This document shows, in pieces, positions 44,574-50,780 of a stretch of DNA of 50,780 nucleotides; position 1 is the first letter of the stretch, and each line of letters begins with the position of its first letter. The notes below the pieces were generated by a model. The model ran no database searches and had not been told where the DNA came from. It was given only the letters and a program-made list of their open reading frames with translations. The stretch covers positions 1-50,780 of the forward strand of contig JAUVLW010000003.1 in the NCBI GenBank assembly GCA_030600555.1, in the 5' to 3' direction. Both the position numbers and the translations under genes were made by a program. This DNA is from Candidatus Aenigmatarchaeota archaeon (lineage in GTDB: Archaea; Aenigmatarchaeota; Aenigmatarchaeia; QMZS01).

Positions 44574-47500
44574 CTATGTTGTCGAGTTTCCGAGGAAATA
44601 TAAACTGCCCCTATATTCCTGAGCCTCCAGACCCCCGGGAACATTTATCCAGAAAAACATACTTTTATTCTCTCCTGAACTTAAATCTGAATCAATTAAC
44701 TGATAATCCGGGGTTATACTTTGCGAAAGACTAAAATTACTTTCATTATACCAGGTAATATTGCCTATTCCAATCTCATAAGTTATTAAACCATAACCCG
44801 GATTATCCTGAGGTTCTAAATCTGTCCCTTTTATCCACAAATTATCTATTGAATTGGAATTACTGTGCGCCAGAATTGAATAATTTGAATTATTCAAAGC
44901 AGGATTTTGGTCTCCTATAGTCGCCGGAGTTACAACTCCAAAATTTATTTCAGTAAATGAAATCGACATTATCAATATCTTTGTTATTTCAATTTTTGTG
45001 GAATTTGTTATATTTCCTGTTGTTGAAGTATTGAACATAACATCAAATTCCCAGATTGAATTTAAATCACCTGTTGAATTTATTGTCCAGTTCAAGACAC
45101 AAGAATCATTTTCATTTAGAATTCCGCAACTAACAGGATTCTGCGCGCTTCCATTTGAAGAATTTACAACATAGAATGGTGTGTCTGAAGTTGCATTCAC
45201 GGGTTTCCATTCAGAAGAAGATAAATTATATCTCACAGTTCCATTTACATCCCCGCAGTCTCCGCCCCTGCAGGTAACATTTGCTTTCAGAATAAAAACT
45301 TTATTCTGACCAACTTTATATTCTCCACCATTCTCCGCATCGCCTTCCCCGGGAATTGATAAAGGCAACATCAGATAAACTTCCAGTGAAGACGAGCCCA
45401 CTTCAACATCATCCGAAGTATTCAGGATTTCATAGCTTAAAGAAGAACCATTGCAGGTTACATTCCAATCATAAATTCCTGAAGAACCAAAACTGCGGTT
45501 GTATTCATAAAGCGAAGAAGTTTCATTGAAAGTCATATTATCTGTTGAATCAAAAAATTGTATTTCACAATAAACCAGACCTGTGCTGTTTATTGATTCT
45601 CCTGAAGTTCGGTTTGTATAATTCGCAAAAAATGTTATCTGCTCGCCAGCGGACTTTACCAGATTCCCCCCTTCAGGGTCTGTTTCATCCCAAATTGTCA
45701 GATTGCTGTTTGCGCCTGAAGTATAATTTGTGAAATGAGTTATATTAAAGGTCAAGTTGCCCTGTTGGTAAGATTCTATTTTGCAGTCAGAGCAAATTTC
45801 ATTGTCTCTCAGGATAATTGGTGTTTGTTCGTAAGTCAAATTATAAAAAAACAATCTTGCGGATTTATTTAATCTTTGCTCTGTCACAACATCAACAGAA
45901 ATAAAGTTATTAGAAATAGTTATTAAATTATTTAAATTAACGCCCCCGCTAAGATTTATATTTTGAATATATTCTATCTTTCCATCATCCGGATTTTCCA
46001 CAGTAAAATTTTCAATATCTGAAGTGTCATTCACCTGCGATAAATCAGTTGTTTCCCCACCGAAATCAGTTGTAAGAACCACATCAAAATATTTTGTAAG
46101 TGAATTTCCCTGGTTGCTAACATCATCATAACACAAAATACTCCAATTATATCCACATTCAATAAGATTGTTTATATAAAAACTTTGTGTCTGGTTCCTA
46201 ACCACCGTTTCATTTGTTTGATTTGACCCTCCCTGAAATATTAAAGTGCAGTTTGTTATATTAGTGGCATCAGTAACATTATACTCAAAAATAATATTTC
46301 CATCATTATCTCCTGAATTATTTACTGGAGTTATCAAAGTAATGATTGGTCCGGAAATGTCAATTGTTATCTGCCTGTTCTCTGTCTGGTTTATATGATT
46401 TACAGTATCATTAATCCACGCGTAAAAAACATAGGTATCCTCTGATAAACTGGTTTTGTTTTTCCAGTAAAAGTTTCCGTCATTATTGTCAAAAATCTCT
46501 GGTGTTCCATTCCAGTAAAGCAGAACTGCATCTTTGTTCGCATCTGAAGCTGTTATATTTATGAATATCCAATCCCGACCATAAGTATTGTTTGTATCTG
46601 TATTTGGATTGAAGGATATGAAAGGGTTTGTATTGTCGATTGTGAAATTTTCATGGGTTAAATGACTTTCAATATCATTCAGATTATCATCCGCTATTGC
46701 AGTCACATTTATTTTATATATTCCATCAGGAACCAAACTGGTATTAAAATCCATACTCATATCACTATCATCGTTGCTGTAAAAACTGTTGTTGATAGTA
46801 AAATTTATTGAGCCATCAGGATTGCATAGATATAAACTATGATTCACGCTTCCAACTGCATCTGCATCTTTAGCTGTATTAACTCTTATAATCATAACCT
46901 CGCCATGAGTTCCATTTAAATTCATATCTAAACCTGTTACGCTGCTGTTATACCAGCCTATATTCGGACTGGTTATTGGATAACTTACATCCCCGATATC
47001 ATCTGTATAAAACGTGAAATTAGTTAGATTATTTCCCGCTTTATCTTCCACATAAAAACCTAACTGAAACTGATCACCATTTTTTACTGTTGAAAACCAT
47101 ATATCCGGAGTGAATTGCGCCTGATTATAATTAACACCATTATCTACCGTAGTCCATGCAACTTCACTATCCGCAAAACTCACATTTGTTCCTGAAGTCC
47201 CGTTTGCATACCTCACCAGATATATTCCCTTCACAGCAAGGACTGTAGAAATATAATAAATATAATAAGTATCTGTTGCTATAATCCCGTCCCACAATCC
47301 ATTTGTTATAGAATAACAGGAACCGCCGCCATAACTGCTATTTCTTGAAGTATAATAAATATAATCTAAATCGGTTGTTGAAAATGAAGCAATGGATACA
47401 CAGTTAGAAGATAAAGGTGGCTGCAACCCATCGCTTACATTGTAAGAACTGTTGCAATAATAAGTTAATAAATCTTTGTTTGGGGCTCCTGAATACTGTA

Positions 47501-50500
47501 TATTTCTAAATCCGCAAATCGTATAATTCTGCGTTCCCCTCATTACTTCCAAATTCCAGTATTTTATTAATAATGAATTATCCTTATATAACTCATAATC
47601 TTTCTTGAGTTCAGTTTCCATATAACCTCTTGATAAAAATAAAGTGCTTCTAAAAGCTACAGGTTCAATATTCCAACTAAGATTCAAGGATGCCCATGTA
47701 GTGCCATTGGCGAGGGAAAGATAAGGATTTACTAAAGGACCCTTATAAGCGCTAACCGCATAATCATAATTATTTGTGAATATCTCAGAATCATACCATT
47801 TACCCATACCTCTCGAATCCGCCAATAATATTTGCGAGATATTATATTCAGCAGAACTATAATTCTGTGCGTGGTCATTCACAGGAGGTCTTATACTCCA
47901 TAAATTAGGAAGACCAGGAGGAGTCATCCCTTCAAGAGTTCTAGTAATTAAATATCTCGATTGGTTTATTCCAGATTCATCTGTGCAATTTATAATAACC
48001 TCAAATAATCCTGTTGAATTTGCCTCTATATCATTTGGGGTTATGCTTACCAGAATACAGTTTGGAGGTGTTGTATCTATTGTAAGTTCCCTTATTTCTG
48101 ACTGGTTAGTTACTCCATTCACAGTGCAGTTTACATACCATTCATAGAAACCATCATCAAGTTCTGTTGAAGTTATAATTGTTGAGATATCATTTGAAAC
48201 AGAATCATTATTTCCTTTATTGGTGTCATTCAAATACAGAGTACAGTTATAAAAATTCTTGTTTCCTGAAACAGTGAAATTAAAATCTGTTGTGTTATCA
48301 TTTGTCGGGATTTGGTTCTGTGGAGAATTCAAAGAAACGGAAAAAGCCACCAGATCCGACCCTGTTGTAAAATTCCAGATGTCGCTTTTATTTTCATATT
48401 CCCCGTCAGTTGAATTTGCGTACCAGTAATAAATTGTTGTGTAACTCAAACCAGACCACATTACTGTTGCATAGCCTCCGTTTGCTATACCTGTCTGGGT
48501 AATATTTATCTGCTGTCCTGTTGAATTATCCCAAAAAGTTACATTCATCGCATCTCCATTGGGATCTGTTACAGTTACATTTAGAATTACTGAAATTTCC
48601 TGATTTGCTGCGCCATCTGAAGGTAAATTTAGGGTTGGTTTATTTGGGGGATTATTTTCAACTAAAACACTGTCTGTTAATGAAGTTCCGTTTTCATAAC
48701 CGTCGTAAGGAATAACCGTGCAATTCCAGGTTTCTCCATTAGTGGTATTTCCTGAACTCAAAATGTTTGTTGTCTGGTCTGAAGGAATTGTTAAATTCAA
48801 ATTCCCATTTTTATACCATTCATAATAATAATTCTGTGAATCTCCATCTTCATCATTCCAACCCAAAACAGCGCAAGTAAGGTCATTATTTTGAGTTGGT
48901 GAATCCGGGGTTAACTCCACAGTTGTTATTTCAGGAATCTTATTTGGATATGAATTTATAGTTTGTGTTGTTTGAATATAAGAACTGGATGCATCTGTAA
49001 AACCGATAATTATTGTTGTGGACTGGAAAGCGATTCCTGAACAATTCCATGTTGAGTTGAAATAATTTTCTGAAGTTGAATTCGCAATATTTATGCAAGT
49101 TCCACTGGTTGAAGAAATGTTTGTTGCTGTTATATCAGAAAAACCATCAAGATCTACAACTCCCGCAGTTACATCAAAACAATGCCCCGCAGAGCAGTTT
49201 ACAAAAATATTCTGGATTTGTATGCTCGGCGCAGAATTTTGTATTGTTGCAGTATTTGAAGAATTTATCCAGGTCGAATTGTCTTCGCCGTCATTTACTG
49301 CAATAGAACATATAATTGTATCGCCCTTGTCTAGATTGGAAACTGATAAATCCAAAGTATTGGTGGTCTGACCTGACATTAAAACATCTGAATCATACCA
49401 TCGATAATATCTTGCTGATTCTGAATCTCCATCCCCATCGCTGAAAATTCCCCCATCGCAACTCAAAATATCATCTGTCAAAGGGGTTGTATTATTCAAA
49501 GTTGGTTCTGTAACTGCAGGTAGTGAATTAGAAATAGTCACAGATGAAGAATTATATTTTGTTGAATTGTCTTCTCCATCAGCTGCCCAAATCTCGCAAA
49601 TTAACACATCGTCTTTATTATAAGAAATATTTGAAATACTCTGCGTGGTAACACCTTCAATATCATTTACATACCATTGATAATGCCAGTTTATTGAATC
49701 CCCGTCAGCATCTGAAACAGTCCCATTATTACAAGTAACTTGTGAGGTGGTTTTGTAAACTGTTATTGGGTCTAAAGTTGGGTTAACTGTTGTTGGGGGG
49801 GAATTTGAAATTATAACAACAGTTAAATTTGATTTGGTTATATTTTCCGTCCCATCGCTCGCCCATACTTCCACAGTTAAATTATCCCATTTGCTGAAAT
49901 TACCAGAACCTAAAGTTGCTATTAAAGTGTTCGTGTTATTATCTACTGTCTGTGAATGAACTGAACCGACCTTTGAATCATTTATATAAAACTGAACATA
50001 ACCTGTTAAAGTATTTCCTAAATTGGGGTCTGTTATTGTCAAATTAATCAACCAATCGGTATTGGTGTAAAGTAGGCTTGGTGAAGTCGCATTTGCTATT
50101 ATTGCAGGGGGGGTGGTTGAAATATTAACCCTTAATTCAACCCAATCAACAAACCAGTTTACGGTATCTTCACCCCCAGACACGCCATTACCAATTATTC
50201 TTATCTTAGCCGCATTAACCTCCGCAATAGTATCCAGACCTAAAGATTTAACATCCCAACTATCATTTGTATCCTGCGTTGGCGGACCGCTTCCATCTGT
50301 ATAAGACTGAACATTTATCCATGTCGAGCCATTGTATATCTGGATTAAATAATTATCATCCGCCCACAAGCTCTGGTAGTGCCTAAGATGAAGAGTTACA
50401 TTATTTATATCTCCTGTTTGCGTTAAATTAGCCATTGTAAATTCCCACCATTCATAAGTGGCTTTTGTCCATTTCCCGCTTGCATCCGCCCAGGTTCCGG

Positions 50501-50780
50501 TTCCTGAACCATCTGCATTTGATGAAGATGTTAAACTTAAACCACTGGACACCGAATTGCTCTCTGACCATAAACTTTCTACAGGGTCAACAGCCAAATA
50601 CCAAGGTCTTGCTTCTATAAAAATTTTATTAAAATAATCAATTTCAGCAGGACCTATTTCATACAAATAAGGGTGAATTAAAGGGGTCTGAACTGAATAA
50701 GAAACCAAAGAATTATTTGTTAAATTATTCCATTCAAGAATTTTTGCATTATCATCGATTAAAATATTTGCATTTGTATT
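44574..50780 (-). CDS. Second giant surface protein, 5'-partial (at least 2068 aa in the window)
   Basis: The track start at 50708 is a TTG. The frame is open upstream to the window end (..NTNANILIDDNAKILEWNNLTNNSL-VSYSVQ). Contains tandem ~95-aa DxDGD repeats and the same C-terminal module as the 4056-aa protein. Confidence 0.9.
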   Translation of the reverse strand, partial: NTNANILIDDNAKILEWNNLTNNSLVSYSVQTPLIHPYLYEIGPAEIDYFNKIFIEARPWYLAVDPVESLWSESNSVSSGLSLTSSSNADGSGTGTWADASGKWTKATYEWWEFTMANLTQTGDINNVTLHLRHYQSLWADDNYLIQIYNGSTWINVQSYTDGSGPPTQDTNDSWDVKSLGLDTIAEVNAAKIRIIGNGVSGGEDTVNWFVDWVELRVNISTTPPAIIANATSPSLLYTNTDWLINLTITDPNLGNTLTGYVQFYINDSKVGSVHSQTVDNNTNTLIATLGSGNFSKWDNLTVEVWASDGTENITKSNLTVVIISNSPPTTVNPTLDPITVYKTTSQVTCNNGTVSDADGDSINWHYQWYVNDIEGVTTQSISNISYNKDDVLICEIWAADGEDNSTKYNSSSVTISNSLPAVTEPTLNNTTPLTDDILSCDGGIFSDGDGDSESARYYRWYDSDVLMSGQTTNTLDLSVSNLDKGDTIICSIAVNDGEDNSTWINSSNTATIQNSAPSIQIQNIFVNCSAGHCFDVTAGVVDLDGFSDITATNISSTSGTCINIANSTSENYFNSTWNCSGIAFQSTTIIIGFTDASSSYIQTTQTINSYPNKIPEITTVELTPDSPTQNNDLTCAVLGWNDEDGDSQNYYYEWYKNGNLNLTIPSDQTTNILSSGNTTNGETWNCTVIPYDGYENGTSLTDSVLVENNPPNKPTLNLPSDGAANQEISVILNVTVTDPNGDAMNVTFWDNSTGQQINITQTGIANGGYATVMWSGLSYTTIYYWYANSTDGEYENKSDIWNFTTGSDLVAFSVSLNSPQNQIPTNDNTTDFNFTVSGNKNFYNCTLYLNDTNKGNNDSVSNDISTIITSTELDDGFYEWYVNCTVNGVTNQSEIRELTIDTTPPNCILVSITPNDIEANSTGLFEVIINCTDESGINQSRYLITRTLEGMTPPGLPNLWSIRPPVNDHAQNYSSAEYNISQILLADSRGMGKWYDSEIFTNNYDYAVSAYKGPLVNPYLSLANGTTWASLNLSWNIEPVAFRSTLFLSRGYMETELKKDYELYKDNSLLIKYWNLEVMRGTQNYTICGFRNIQYSGAPNKDLLTYYCNSSYNVSDGLQPPLSSNCVSIASFSTTDLDYIYYTSRNSSYGGGSCYSITNGLWDGIIATDTYYIYYISTVLAVKGIYLVRYANGTSGTNVSFADSEVAWTTVDNGVNYNQAQFTPDIWFSTVKNGDQFQLGFYVEDKAGNNLTNFTFYTDDIGDVSYPITSPNIGWYNSSVTGLDMNLNGTHGEVMIIRVNTAKDADAVGSVNHSLYLCNPDGSINFTINNSFYSNDDSDMSMDFNTSLVPDGIYKINVTAIADDNLNDIESHLTHENFTIDNTNPFISFNPNTDTNNTYGRDWIFINITASDANKDAVLLYWNGTPEIFDNNDGNFYWKNKTSLSEDTYVFYAWINDTVNHINQTENRQITIDISGPIITLITPVNNSGDNDGNIIFEYNVTDATNITNCTLIFQGGSNQTNETVVRNQTQSFYINNLIECGYNWSILCYDDVSNQGNSLTKYFDVVLTTDFGGETTDLSQVNDTSDIENFTVENPDDGKIEYIQNINLSGGVNLNNLITISNNFISVDVVTEQRLNKSARLFFYNLTYEQTPIILRDNEICSDCKIESYQQGNLTFNITHFTNYTSGANSNLTIWDETDPEGGNLVKSAGEQITFFANYTNRTSGESINSTGLVYCEIQFFDSTDNMTFNETSSLYEYNRSFGSSGIYDWNVTCNGSSLSYEILNTSDDVEVGSSSLEVYLMLPLSIPGEGDAENGGEYKVGQNKVFILKANVTCRGGDCGDVNGTVRYNLSSSEWKPVNATSDTPFYVVNSSNGSAQNPVSCGILNENDSCVLNWTINSTGDLNSIWEFDVMFNTSTTGNITNSTKIEITKILIMSISFTEINFGVVTPATIGDQNPALNNSNYSILAHSNSNSIDNLWIKGTDLEPQDNPGYGLITYEIGIGNITWYNESNFSLSQSITPDYQLIDSDLSSGENKSMFFWINVPGGLEAQEYRGSLYFLGNSTT

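Noticed and set aside
32315-50708. Many 60-90-aa ORFs on both strands inside the two giant genes (for example 34810-35013, 37804-38043, 39635-39871, 48521-48715, 49093-49371)
   Set aside because: All are nested in alternative frames of uninterrupted 6-12-kb ORFs, which is expected by chance in long coding regions.
None has independent support.

Overview
This is an AT-rich archaeal segment (roughly 30-35% G+C by eye), most likely from a small-genome DPANN-type archaeon. That placement rests on archaeal uS7 and L7Ae, a UbiA/DGGGP-synthase-like prenyltransferase, an aCPSF2-type beta-CASP RNase, a multi-intron tRNA, leaderless-looking TATA-to-ATG spacing and giant N-glycosylation-sequon-rich surface proteins. 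All homology calls are motif recognition by eye; no searches were run.

Layout:
- (i) 1-7.4 kb, minus strand: a Type I R-M locus in which hsdM and hsdS lie 4.7 kb apart. Between them are an AlbA_2/HATPase_c_4 regulator, a 660-bp gap dense in hairpins and repeats, a 137-aa ORF and a 725-aa protein whose C-terminus looks like the FokI cleavage domain. No hsdR is in view.
- (ii) 7.5-13.7 kb: a small conserved ORF, a RadC-like JAB protein, UbiA, L7Ae, uS7, a membrane protein, a beta-CASP RNase, two small ORFs and a tRNA-Val(GAC) interrupted by two non-canonical introns.
- (iii) 13.7-19.9 kb: a glycogen-type cluster (GT4/5 synthase-like, GH15, MFS, GDE_C) plus two hypotheticals.
- (iv) 20-29.3 kb: a MinD-like ATPase and a wHTH protein; two secreted paralogous glycoproteins; tandem MoxR AAA+ genes, the second split at an A7 tract; DUF58; a BatA-like VWA protein; an N/K-rich protein; and an HExxH membrane protein. 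The three plus-strand transcription units are each preceded by a TATTGA/TCAATA inverted repeat.
- (v) 29.3-50.8 kb: a convergent minus-strand operon of four surface proteins (742 aa, 264 aa, 4056 aa, and at least 2068 aa running off the window). It shows internal near-identical repeats, a shared C-terminal module and G7 tracts.

No rRNA, CRISPR array, transposase or integrase was seen. The two best candidates for an undescribed system are the MoxR/VWA plus secreted-paralog plus giant-protein supercluster and the FokI-like cassette embedded in the Type I R-M locus.
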